The position numbers and the translations under genes are program-made. From assembly GCA_963804165.1 (NCBI GenBank), contig CAWDPO010000040.1, positions 32,001 through 96,000 on the forward strand: a stretch of DNA of 64,000 nucleotides. Reading direction: 5' to 3'. Positions 31,287 to 40,739 of the stretch are shown here, in pieces (position 1 is the stretch's first letter; each line of letters begins with the position of its first letter). The notes below the pieces were generated by a model. It was not told the origin of the DNA. It ran no database searches and saw only the letters and a list, made by a program, of their open reading frames with translations. The DNA is from an uncultured delta proteobacterium. GTDB taxonomy: Bacteria; Desulfobacterota; Binatia; UBA9968.

Positions 31287-33839
31287 TTAGCGAATCGCGA
31301 TGTTCTCCGCTGCCAAAGCCCTGCTGATAGCAATCGCCAGCTCACTGCGGATTTGCATCCATTGCCCGCTGTAATCGGTCCATGCACGTAATTCCAAGGC
31401 GAGCGCATCCGCACCGAGCTTCACGACCAGCGCTTGTGGCGGCGGATCCTTGACAATTAGGGGATGCGCCGCTGCCGTGCGCTCTAACACAGCGATCACA
31501 CGCTCGGGATCATGTCCCTGTGCCACCGCAACCGGGAGCTCGATGCCATGTTGCAGACTGGAAAGGGTCCAGTTGATCACGCGTTCGGATATCAATTTGC
31601 CGTTGGGCATGATGATGTCGGAACCGTTGGTCGTACGAATGATGCTGGCGCGAATACCGATTCGTTGGACGACGCCGGCGGCATCATCGATCTGAACCAC
31701 ATCGCCTATATTGATCGGGCGCTCGAACAATAGGATCAAGCCGGAAATGAAGTTGTTGAAGATGTTCTGCAGTCCGAAACCGACACCGACGCTGAAGGCA
31801 CCCGCGAGAATCGTGATTCGTGTCATGTCGATGCCTAAGGCGGCCACCGCGAGAAAAAATCCAACGACTAAGATGAGATAATGGAGCGTGTTTGAAATTG
31901 CGTAGGCCAGGCCTCGCTGAAGTTGAACCCGCGGATATATGTCCTCATCGAGCAGAAAGCGAACGAATCGGGAAACTAGAAAGGCGGCCCAGACGGTGAC
32001 CGCAAAAGCCAACAGATCGCCCAGTGAGGCTTGAATTGAACCGACGCTCAACTCGCTGCTTAGCAACTCGCGAACCGCAGTGAATGCTTGTTCGCGAAGT
32101 AAAACTTGCTGCAGCAAGGCGGCTACCCACATCCCCACCGCGAGCACCTGAAAAATTCGGCGAACGCGATGACGCAAGAGCGATCGATGGCGGTCGACAA
32201 CGCGGAGTGCTGCAAACGGGCGCCCGCTCAGCGCGATCATGATCAGTCCGTCCACGACTTCGATGATGGCGTAGAGAATCAGCGCAAGGTAGCTGCTCTC
32301 TAGGAGAGCATTGCCGAGCAGAGTGGCTAGAGTGACATATCCCAGCGCATTGGCGAAAAACACCAGGGAGGAAATCACCAGTACGACCCAGGCGGCAAGG
32401 ATGATTGGTTTGTGGGCACGCGGCGTTCCGTCTGAAACTGAGCTTCTCCGTTGGGCAAAGGACCGCGCGAGCCAGAATGAAAAAAGCATGGCGCCAAGCA
32501 TCTCGAGCAAAAACAGCAACCGAGGTAAAAACTGAACCGCTGCGGCGAAGGTGCGAAGTTGGTCGACAAAAAAGAATCCAATCAAGGCATACAATATCGG
32601 ATAAAGGTCCGACGCGATGATGCGACGAAGGATAATAACGCTTGGAATCAGCGCAATCGCGCCGAGCGCCGTCCAGAACGGGCGAGGGGCTTCCGGATAG
32701 ATCCACTGGCTGGTGAGTAGCGTCAAAATGAGCGCCGTGGCAATCGGCATTTCGAACACTGGCGTCACGCCGGCCCGACCGGTGTTCTCGACCGCCAACC
32801 CACGCATGCGCCCACGTGTCCAATAAAGCGCTGCAGCCAATAGGGCGAAGATGACGACAGGGAGTACAAAGCGCATCGCCTGGCGACCTGCGTACTGGGA
32901 CAACACCGCCCATTGCGTGGAAAATGATCCCAGGCTTTCCTCTTGAAGTTGTTGAGGCGGCAGTGACTCAATCTCCAACCTCCAGATCGGCGCGCCGTCC
33001 TGCAGGAACAGGCGGTTCAACGTGTTCTCCCGGGCTTGACCGACTAACCTGAGCGCGTCGGCGATCCGAGAATCTTGCACGCTAAGACGATTTTGTATCG
33101 CCAATGCTCGCGCCCGTTGCTTCTCGACCGCGTCGCGGCCTCGTCCGATTTCGCCGATGACGAACTTTATTCGATCAAGAACTTCCGGCGGCACGTTGGA
33201 ATCCTTAGCCACGGCAAAAGTTTGATTCCATGCCTTGCCAAATTCCTCGATCCGAGTGGTGTAGCGTTCAAGCTCGTTCACCCGCGCTGTCAAATTCTTG
33301 TTCAGCTTGGTCAGCTCTCGTCGCCGCCGGTCCCACTCTGTTTCAAGATTGCGCAGTATTTCAATCGTTGGGTTTTGCGCGACGATCTTTCGGCTCTCTC
33401 GGAGCCGAGCGTCGATCTCTCGCGCAATCGCCGGCAGCTCTTGCGCCACTATTTCCGTGACTCCGTTCGACGATGAGTCGGCCACGATGTCACGGACAAT
33501 GGTGGTTACCGACTCCGCCTCTAAAGCCACGTCTGCGAGGGGGATCGCCGCTGTCGCTTTGTCAGCCGCCGTCGGTGGGGTCTGCGGTGTCTCCTGTCCG
33601 TACACCGGACCACCCAACACGATGATCGCTGCAGCGAGCACGCCTCGCCATAACGAACGATCTCTTATTCTCGCAAGCGATGGAATCTGTTGTGTGCTTA
33701 AATATCTGAGACTTTTTAGTAATTTTCCCGGAATAATTCCTACCGGTGGGTTTTCATATGCACGTTTACCAAAGGCGAGGACAAGCAGTTTCCATCGTCG
33801 CTCGTGTGACGAACGGAACTTCGGACAGCAACAGCGCAT
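31287..33839 (-). CDS. Large MscS/MscK-type mechanosensitive channel (true start probably downstream, near 33640-33700)
   Basis: Periplasmic coiled coil, many TMs, 'GVGFGLQNIFNNFISGLILLFERPINIGD', 'IGIRAS', 'PNG..VINWT'. Confidence 0.92.
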   Translation of the reverse strand: MRCCCPKFRSSHERRWKLLVLAFGKRAYENPPVGIIPGKLLKSLRYLSTQQIPSLARIRDRSLWRGVLAAAIIVLGGPVYGQETPQTPPTAADKATAAIPLADVALEAESVTTIVRDIVADSSSNGVTEIVAQELPAIAREIDARLRESRKIVAQNPTIEILRNLETEWDRRRRELTKLNKNLTARVNELERYTTRIEEFGKAWNQTFAVAKDSNVPPEVLDRIKFVIGEIGRGRDAVEKQRARALAIQNRLSVQDSRIADALRLVGQARENTLNRLFLQDGAPIWRLEIESLPPQQLQEESLGSFSTQWAVLSQYAGRQAMRFVLPVVIFALLAAALYWTRGRMRGLAVENTGRAGVTPVFEMPIATALILTLLTSQWIYPEAPRPFWTALGAIALIPSVIILRRIIASDLYPILYALIGFFFVDQLRTFAAAVQFLPRLLFLLEMLGAMLFSFWLARSFAQRRSSVSDGTPRAHKPIILAAWVVLVISSLVFFANALGYVTLATLLGNALLESSYLALILYAIIEVVDGLIMIALSGRPFAALRVVDRHRSLLRHRVRRIFQVLAVGMWVAALLQQVLLREQAFTAVRELLSSELSVGSIQASLGDLLAFAVTVWAAFLVSRFVRFLLDEDIYPRVQLQRGLAYAISNTLHYLILVVGFFLAVAALGIDMTRITILAGAFSVGVGFGLQNIFNNFISGLILLFERPINIGDVVQIDDAAGVVQRIGIRASIIRTTNGSDIIMPNGKLISERVINWTLSSLQHGIELPVAVAQGHDPERVIAVLERTAAAHPLIVKDPPPQALVVKLGADALALELRAWTDYSGQWMQIRSELAIAISRALAAENIAIR

Positions 33840-33985
33840 ACTTAACGGCTAACAAAAATGCCATCCCGTTTGAAGGTTCGAACTCGAGTCTTACTGGGGA
33901 GGTAACTGCGCCTCGGATAGCGTCATCGGCCGTAAGGCAATGCGATCTGTCGCATCCGGCAGTGAAAAATTTACCTGAACGGATA

Positions 33986-34451
33986 TCAATCGCGTCTTTT
34001 TTCAATGATGGGCAAGATAACCCATAAGGATGAGAACAGGAACAAGAGCCCAACCGCGGACGCAACGGCCAACCAAGAAAGGCCGGTTATCAAGTTAGCG
34101 ACCAGATAGATCTCCAAGCAAATACTTATCGCGAGTGGAAACATCCCTAAGAGCAGAAGGACTGTACTACATCGGATAAACCGATGATAACTTGCAGCAA
34201 ATGGATCGACGTGGCGATGAAGCGCAGCGGGAGTCATTACCAGAGCAATGGCAATTACCGTGAGAACGGTCGAAACATAGTGAAGCTCCTGCTCCACGAT
34301 TGATAATCGTTTCTCGAATCCCTCATTAAATGACTATCAATTGAAAACCAAACAGCGCTTGAATGCCTGGCAGAACCATTCTGCATTCCTCCAGGATGTA
34401 TCTAAGCGCCGAGTCTAATGACAACTTTTCTTTGTTTGATTCAGTGCTCAC
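33986..34451 (-). pseudogene. DUF6328-family membrane protein, frameshifted
   Basis: 'LEECRMVLPGIQALFGFQLIV', frameshift near 34328, then 'NEGFEKRL..MTPAALHR'. Confidence 0.75.
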
Positions 34452-34609
34452 GGACGGCCGCTGCATTTGGCTAATTTGCGTTGCGTTTGGCTGGAGCTCT
34501 CAATTAATTGTGTACGCTTTAGAACAGATTTTTTGTAACGGATCTGCAGAGCGCTCGTGTTACATCGCCAACGTTGGAACAGCCGCGATGTTTACCGGTC
34601 CGCCTGAAA

Positions 34610-34939
34610 TTAGCTTCCGCTACCCTGCACGGCTATGATCCGATCCTTAATCCTTTTGAACGTGGCATCAGGAACGATCTTCTTTGAGATGAGTTCGTCC
34701 TTTTTCTGGTAAGGACGGTTGTCGACAATTTTTTGTGCATAAGCTGCGTCAATGCCCGGAAGCGCTTTTAGGTCGTCAATCGGTGCAGAGTTAATGTCGA
34801 GCGGCTTGATTTTAGTAGGGACAACAATGCGATCAGCTAGAGGTTGATTTATGGCCTCGGCTGCCTGAATCCAATCTGGCGCGACGCCAATAAAAACGCT
34901 GGCAATGAACGATCCGACCACAGTCTTGGATAAAGTCAT
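34610..34939 (-). CDS. ComEA-like helix-hairpin-helix protein
   Basis: Signal peptide; 'LDINSA..DLKALPGI..AYAQKIVDNRPY'. Confidence 0.85.
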   Translation of the reverse strand: MTLSKTVVGSFIASVFIGVAPDWIQAAEAINQPLADRIVVPTKIKPLDINSAPIDDLKALPGIDAAYAQKIVDNRPYQKKDELISKKIVPDATFKRIKDRIIAVQGSGS

Positions 34940-35128
34940 GCTTTTACCTCGCTATTGCACTCTCCGCCTGAGAATAACACAGGGCGAAGGTCAATTTAAC
35001 GGTGCATCAGGTGCACAACCCGCCGGCGGAAGATTGATTGATTGTTCAGAACCACCGGCGAGTTGTTAGAAGTAAGTTCCAAGTCTCAAGTCTCGCGGTC
35101 GAAGGCGTATTGGCATTCGTCTGGCGAG

Positions 35129-35290
35129 TTATGCGCATTCTTCGTGACCGCATCCACATTCTTCCGAGTTAGTGGACGGTCCGGCTTTTGCGCAATACCT
35201 GCTGCAAAACGTTTCATCCCCTGCGATGATGCCATCGCCGTCTTGAACGATGCAATCGCAGTCCTCGTGAGCGCAATTATGCTCTGCCAT
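35129..35290 (-). CDS. Bacterial metallothionein-like protein, 53 aa (not in ORF track)
   Basis: Manual translation MAEHNCAHEDCDCIVQDGDGIIAGDETFCSRYCAKAGPSTNSEECGCGHEECA; 8 Cys, 3 His; TAATG overlap with the upstream gene. Confidence 0.85.
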   Translation of the reverse strand: MAEHNCAHEDCDCIVQDGDGIIAGDETFCSRYCAKAGPSTNSEECGCGHEECA

Positions 35291-35751
35291 TATTTTTCAC
35301 CTTCTCTCGAGAGTGTATGGAAAGACTTGTGCGCCGACGGGTAAGCCATTTTCTCGCTAGCTAAGTGTTCGCCTAGGTCGTGCAGATTGGGCCCGTCTGT
35401 CAGGCTTCGGACCTGTGGAAAGATTTCGCTTTCCTCAGTGATGACATGCAACTGCACTTCGGCTTTGAGCGTTTGGAAATTCTTCTCGAATTCTTGCCCC
35501 TCTTGAGTTTGCATGTCGCGCAGGAGCTCTTTGACCAGCCGGTGTTGCGCTCTAGCGTCCTGCACGAGTTCTTTTAGAAACTTGCGATTTTGAAACTGAG
35601 GGTAGAAGTGCGTTTCTTCGAGTTGAGTGTGAGCTTCGAGCTCGGCTCTTATTGTTTCGAAGAGCCGTTTCATGGCGTCATAGGTATTTGAGTCGGCGAA
35701 AAGCTTTTTGACGATATCATGGTCCTTCTTTAAGAGCTCCAGCGCGTCCAT
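35290..35751 (-). CDS. Hemerythrin (HHE) domain protein
   Basis: 'MDALELLKKDH', 'HTQLEETHFYP', 'QH', 'HVITEESEIFP'. Confidence 0.85.
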   Translation of the reverse strand: MDALELLKKDHDIVKKLFADSNTYDAMKRLFETIRAELEAHTQLEETHFYPQFQNRKFLKELVQDARAQHRLVKELLRDMQTQEGQEFEKNFQTLKAEVQLHVITEESEIFPQVRSLTDGPNLHDLGEHLASEKMAYPSAHKSFHTLSREGEK

Positions 35752-35770
35752 AGACTTGTCGCCTGCGACT

Positions 35771-36856
35771 TTAGCTGTTTTGCGGAGGAAGCAACGGTGA
35801 CGGCGTGCCCGCTGCGGACAATTCATTGTTGCGCTCAGCAGCGCGATCGGCGGGTCGGGTCAACAACGACGGTGCCAGCACCGATCCGCTTTCCCAGCCT
35901 TGTTTCGAAGGGTTTCCCATTCCTTCGCGCGGGCGCGGCAATAGCCGAGTCATGAGCCCGAATGTCTCCGCGACCAATGTGGGAAAGAGGCCATGGGCAA
36001 GTCGAAGCAGCCGAGCTTGCGGCGTGATAGTGATTTCCGCTTTGCCATAGCGGCACGCCTCGAGGATCGCTCGAGCCGCGCGCGTCGATGCGGTGGATAG
36101 TAAGGGCGAGGCATTGGCGATGGCGAACAGCGCGTATTCCTTCTTGTGTTGCCCTTTGAAAAAGGCGTGGAGGTGGGAGCCGGTGCGCATCAAACCGGGG
36201 CAGACGGTGGTCACGTAGATGCCGTCTTTGAGCAGCTCCGCGCGCATGCCTTCGGACAACCCGACCAAGGCAAACTTGCTGGCCGCGTAAGGCAGCAGAT
36301 GAGGGACGGCGACCTTGCCGCCGATGGACGCAATATTGACGATACGCCCTGCCCCGAAAGATTTCATGTGCGGCAGGATTTCTTCCATCAAATATAGCGG
36401 TCCCCAGAAATGCACGCCCATGGTATTTTCGTAGTCGCGGACATCCATATTCTCCAGCGGTCCCACTTGGATGATGCCGGCGTTGTTGATCAGTACGTCT
36501 ATTCGCCCCGCCTTGGCGAGAACATTGGCGATCACCTCGCGGACTTGGCTTCGCTGGCTGACGTCGCAGGAGAATGTCATTACATTGGTGCCCTGGTTCT
36601 GAAGTTCCATTGCCGTCCGCGTTAGGTTGGCTTGATCGCGCGCGAGTAGTACTAGATTCGCACCCTCTTCGGCAAAAGCGCGCGCGAGTTCGAGCCCGAG
36701 TCCGCGCGACGCACCGGAAATCAGCACCGTCTTGCCGGCAAATTCCATACGCCGTCGCTCGCGCACGATACGGATCGCCGCGGCGATGATCGTACCCGTT
36801 AAAGCGAACTTGGCGAGCTTAATCACGAGCGGAAAGGCCGATGAGCGATTGTCCAT
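35771..36856 (-). CDS. SDR-family oxidoreductase
   Basis: 'SGASRGLG', 'LINNAG', 'YAASK'. Confidence 0.92.
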   Translation of the reverse strand: MDNRSSAFPLVIKLAKFALTGTIIAAAIRIVRERRRMEFAGKTVLISGASRGLGLELARAFAEEGANLVLLARDQANLTRTAMELQNQGTNVMTFSCDVSQRSQVREVIANVLAKAGRIDVLINNAGIIQVGPLENMDVRDYENTMGVHFWGPLYLMEEILPHMKSFGAGRIVNIASIGGKVAVPHLLPYAASKFALVGLSEGMRAELLKDGIYVTTVCPGLMRTGSHLHAFFKGQHKKEYALFAIANASPLLSTASTRAARAILEACRYGKAEITITPQARLLRLAHGLFPTLVAETFGLMTRLLPRPREGMGNPSKQGWESGSVLAPSLLTRPADRAAERNNELSAAGTPSPLLPPQNS

Positions 36857-36871
36857 GGCAGCTCCTTGCAA

Positions 36872-37236
36872 TTATTCAGTAGGCCTTTCGACCTTGGTCA
36901 TCCAGCCATTAGGATTCGAATTGTCGCAGAAGGCATGGAGATCGTGCTCGCAGTAGTAACAGTTGCCGCACGCGATCGGAAAAGGCACGATCACGTGGTC
37001 GCCGGCGTGCAAATTGCCGACGCCGGGTCCGACCTCGACGACTTCGCCGACGAACTCGTGACCTAAAATATCGCCAGCGCGCATCGTTGGAATGTTGCCG
37101 CTGTAAATGTGCAGATCGGAGCCGCAAATCGCCGTAAGCTCGGTTTTAATGATCGCGTCGCGCGGATTGATGATCGCGGGATCAGGCACAGTTTCAACAC
37201 GAATTCTTTTTTGCCGTTCCAACAGACTGCTCGCAT
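36872..37236 (-). pseudogene. Zn-dependent (formaldehyde-type) alcohol dehydrogenase, N-terminal relic
   Basis: '[10 protein letters not shown]', frameshift, then '[28 protein letters not shown]'; ends after ~120 codons. Confidence 0.85.
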
Positions 37237-37273
37237 GATCGGTTCCTGCAGGAAAAATTATTTCAAAAAAGGA

Positions 37274-37288
37274 GCAATCGTTATGCCA
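37274..37288 (-). promoter_or_regulatory. sigma54 promoter motif
   Basis: TGGCAT-AACGA-TTGC, ~38 bp upstream of the adh-SDR-hemerythrin-MT unit. Confidence 0.7.
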
Positions 37289-37434
37289 TTGCCCTTGGAC
37301 GCTACTTCAGATTCCGCGGGCTGCCAGGAAACGATTAAGCCAACATTTGCCGCAGCTTCGAACGCGTACGGTGCAAACCGAGTTGCAAAAATACAACCCC
37401 TACGGGATTGGTGTCCTTAAATTAGGACTCGTTG

Positions 37435-37451
37435 GTAGGAAGAATCCCTAC
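37435..37451. promoter_or_regulatory. Palindromic candidate regulator/enhancer site
   Basis: GTAGG-AAGAATC-CCTAC between two divergent sigma54 motifs. Confidence 0.45.
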
Positions 37452-37743
37452 GAAAACTAGGCGAGTTCATTGAGCAGCATAGAAGCAAGTCCCACAGTCG
37501 GCATCACGTCGGCCAGTCATGTCTACCAGACGAGGTGCGCAGATGATCGGTGGGCAATGGTTTTCCGAGCAGACGATTAGCCCATGCGAACTTATCCTGT
37601 AGCCAAGGCATTAACGGTGTTCAAGTCGACGGCTTGTTCTTCTCGTCCACGCAGCCAGCGGGAAAGTTTACACGCAGGAACCCGCATCGTAGAAGTTTCG
37701 CCGGTCGGCGCTCCGTATTGTGCGCTCAATCGTTTCACCTCAA

Positions 37744-37758
37744 TGGCATATCGCTTGC
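37744..37758 (+). promoter_or_regulatory. sigma54 promoter motif
   Basis: TGGCAT-ATCGC-TTGC immediately upstream of yihY. Confidence 0.65.
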
Positions 37759-37773
37759 GCATGCAACGCGGAT

Positions 37774-38724
37774 ATGAAAGATCACTCGGTTTGGCAGGTT
37801 TTTAAGGACACCATCGTGCACTGGATCGATGATGAACCTTTCCAGCTAGCTGCTGCGCTTTCCTATTACACGTTTTTTTCATTAGCGCCACTGCTGATCG
37901 TCGTTATCGCCGTAGCAGGGATTGTTTTTGGCCATGAAGCGGCGCAGAACCAAATCGTCGAAACCATCCAAGGATTGATCGGTTCAGAGGGCGCGCAGAC
38001 GATCCAAAGCATCATGCAAGCTGCGGCCAGTCAGCCCGAGTCAGGTATCATTTCCACTTCGCTCGGTATCGCGGCGCTGGTTGCCGGCGCGGGCGGCGTT
38101 GTCGGCCAGCTTCAGACTTCTCTTAACAGAATATGGGGAGTCGCGCCCAAGCCAGGCCATGGCATGTGGGGCTTTGTTCGCCAGCGCTTCGTCTCATTCG
38201 CGATGGTACTGGGCATAGGATTTTTGCTCGTGGTCTCGCTAGCGGTGAGTGCTTTATTGACCGGTATCACTCAATTAATCGGACTCGTGTTTGGCGGAAT
38301 TGCCTTCATCGCTCATGCTCTGGATTTCTTAGCGTCGTTCGTTGTTGTGACCGTGCTTTTTGCGATGATCTACAAGTTCCTACCAGATATTCAAATCAAG
38401 TGGAGTGACGTATGGATCGGCGCCGGTCTGACGTCGATTCTCTTCACAATTGGAAAAGTTCTGATCGGCATCTATTTAGGCACGAGCGGCGTGACATCGC
38501 CCTATGGAGCTGCGGGTTCACTCGTAACGGTTTTACTATGGGTCTATTACTCGTCGCTGATTTTCTTTTTAGGAGCCGAGTTCACCAAGATTTACGCCAG
38601 CCAATACGGGTCAGGAGTCGCCCCCGCAAAAAATGCCCAAGCTGTTGGCGAACGTGCTGACAACCGACGTCGAATCTTCAGACGACGCCAACATCAACAC
38701 GACCGGAATGTGGGGATCAGGTGA
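37774..38724 (+). CDS. YihY/BrkB-family membrane protein
   Basis: 'AAALSYYTFFSLAPLL', 'LQTSLNRIWGV', 'YGAAGSLV..LLWVYYS'. Confidence 0.92.
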   Translation: MKDHSVWQVFKDTIVHWIDDEPFQLAAALSYYTFFSLAPLLIVVIAVAGIVFGHEAAQNQIVETIQGLIGSEGAQTIQSIMQAAASQPESGIISTSLGIAALVAGAGGVVGQLQTSLNRIWGVAPKPGHGMWGFVRQRFVSFAMVLGIGFLLVVSLAVSALLTGITQLIGLVFGGIAFIAHALDFLASFVVVTVLFAMIYKFLPDIQIKWSDVWIGAGLTSILFTIGKVLIGIYLGTSGVTSPYGAAGSLVTVLLWVYYSSLIFFLGAEFTKIYASQYGSGVAPAKNAQAVGERADNRRRIFRRRQHQHDRNVGIR

Positions 38725-39069
38725 TTTGCATCAAGACGCAATGACACTGCGAGCTATTCGCAGACGGAGCCTTGTGCGTGGACGCTATCGCAGTCGGCGT
38801 GATTGGGGTTGAGCAAACGCGAATCCGACGGCTTGAAATCAACGAACTCGTAGCGTACGCCGATAGAGCCTGAGGGATCCATTCGATCGTCTCCTCAAAC
38901 TAGGTTGTCCTAGGTTGTCGGTTTTTCCGCACATTATAGGGAAAAACCGCTCACTACCTTGATCTCGATATTTAGCGGGTTGTTGACGACTTCGACAATT
39001 TCCCGTGAAAAATCGGCTCGACGGCCCGGTTTTATGTTGTCTGACCTGTTCCCTCTGGGTCTACGGGAA

Positions 39070-39084
39070 TGGTACGTCACTTGC
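39070..39084 (+). promoter_or_regulatory. sigma54 promoter motif
   Basis: TGGTAC-GTCAC-TTGC upstream of the 39126 ORF. Confidence 0.55.
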
Positions 39085-39125
39085 TCGCTGTTCTTTCGCG
39101 ATCGGACAAGGAGAGGAGAGCGAAA

Positions 39126-39338
39126 ATGAAGTCGATCGATGTAAGCCTACACAAACCCAGCTACTGGCAGTCAATATTCTTGCAGAGCAGAGTAAACGGA
39201 GCTGCTTACAACGGTGAACGCCTTCCAAAGCGAAGTTGGGATTGGCCGAAAGATACGTATCTGCAGCGCCGATTACGATGGCATAGGTATCTACACCGTG
39301 GAGAAGATTCAAAGTTGAATGAGTGCACTGCTGCGTGA
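39126..39338 (+). CDS. Hypothetical small protein, 70 aa
   Basis: GGAGAGGAG RBS and sigma54 motif upstream. Confidence 0.5.
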   Translation: MKSIDVSLHKPSYWQSIFLQSRVNGAAYNGERLPKRSWDWPKDTYLQRRLRWHRYLHRGEDSKLNECTAA

Positions 39339-39913
39339 CCCAGAACTCCAGCATTGCGCTGTATCAATGCGATGGTTTAAATCCGAGAGGTTCCACGGTT
39401 AGCTAGGCTTCCGCTCGATCCTCTCTTCACCCGGCATGTGGCATGGCGCAGGTAAGCACTCAGCGGACAATGGAGGTCCATTTGCTCTAAAAGAAATAAG
39501 CGCGGAAGACGCGCAAGAGACCTTAGAATCTGGACCGCCTCCCAACGCTATTCAGTCTCGAAAAATAGCTGGAGTCTTCGATGACAAGGAATGATCCAGA
39601 AGAATATCTATTGGGTAGATTCGCAAAAATTTGCCGTACCATTGACTAATGTTGTGGAACGTTAAAGCTGTCGAGGATCTAACGTCCGGCGATTTTGTTG
39701 AATTCATGCCGGACGTGCACGGCAAGTTGTGCTGTAAAAAGGCTTCAAAACTACATTCGATTAGCGCGATGGCGGCTAGAGATATCCTAAAGGACGAAAC
39801 GCTTACCTTTGACACGAGGAATGACACCCGGGACTTGGTGGGAGTCAAAGATCCATCTTAGTGCTCATGACTGATGTTTTGTGTATGAATCCTGTTCGGA
39901 ACCAGGAGGCTCA

Positions 39914-40339
39914 ATGTCCCTTCTTTTCTTCCTTCCCTTTTTAGCCGCGGCTGCGGACGACGCCGCCAACACTTATGTCCACCAAATGGAAAAGCGCATC
40001 ATGGCGGTCTGGCATTTGCCGCAAAAATCGGCGGGATTGACTGTTGTGCTGCGAATGAATCTCGAACAGTCCGGACGCATTTCCGAGGTCCGAGTAGAGC
40101 AATCGTCCGGCAATGAACACTTCGATGCGTCGGCGGTTGAAGCGGTGCGCCACGCAGCGCCATTCCCTCCCGTGCCTGGTGCGCTGCGACATTTGATCGG
40201 CGATCTAGTCATCGTGCTCGATCCCACGCCCTTGCCGATGGAAGAGACACCGAAAGCGCAGAAACCACCGCGCAGGCCTCAGACTCCGCGGGCACCCGTT
40301 AGGCCGGCACCGAAAAATCTCCCCGGTCAAGAAATCTGA
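39914..40339 (+). CDS. TonB/TolA C-terminal domain protein
   Basis: AGGAGG RBS; 'SSGNEHFDASAVEAVRHAAPFPPVP'; Pro-rich tail. Confidence 0.8.
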   Translation: MSLLFFLPFLAAAADDAANTYVHQMEKRIMAVWHLPQKSAGLTVVLRMNLEQSGRISEVRVEQSSGNEHFDASAVEAVRHAAPFPPVPGALRHLIGDLVIVLDPTPLPMEETPKAQKPPRRPQTPRAPVRPAPKNLPGQEI

Positions 40340-40739
40340 GTCTGAGTTGCTTCCAATCTCGGCAAAAACAAGGTGAATTGCTATTGAATCGATATTCCAC
40401 TGATGCTGTAGAGTTTCCGACAGACACAGTTGGGTATCGCTGATATTTAGAACTCCGATACTTCTCGTCCGCTCCGCTGGGCCACATGTCGCGATGGTCC
40501 CACGATACCGCAGCGTGTTTGCTATTAATTTTCATGCGTGAACAGGTATAAGTTGTCGCATGGACCGGGGAAATGGAGATAAGATTTTAATCGGAGCGGT
40601 ATGAACCCAGAGCAATCGCTTGGATTAGAGGAAGGGTTGTTCACACACTAGGAGCAGCGGCGTTACGTTTCTGCTGTAGGCGATTGCACTGGATGAAGAA
40701 GGGCTCTATTCCCGCCCGTTTTTTTCTGAAGCGAGTATT

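Noticed and set aside
39649-39861. 70-aa ORF
   Set aside because: No RBS or family evidence.
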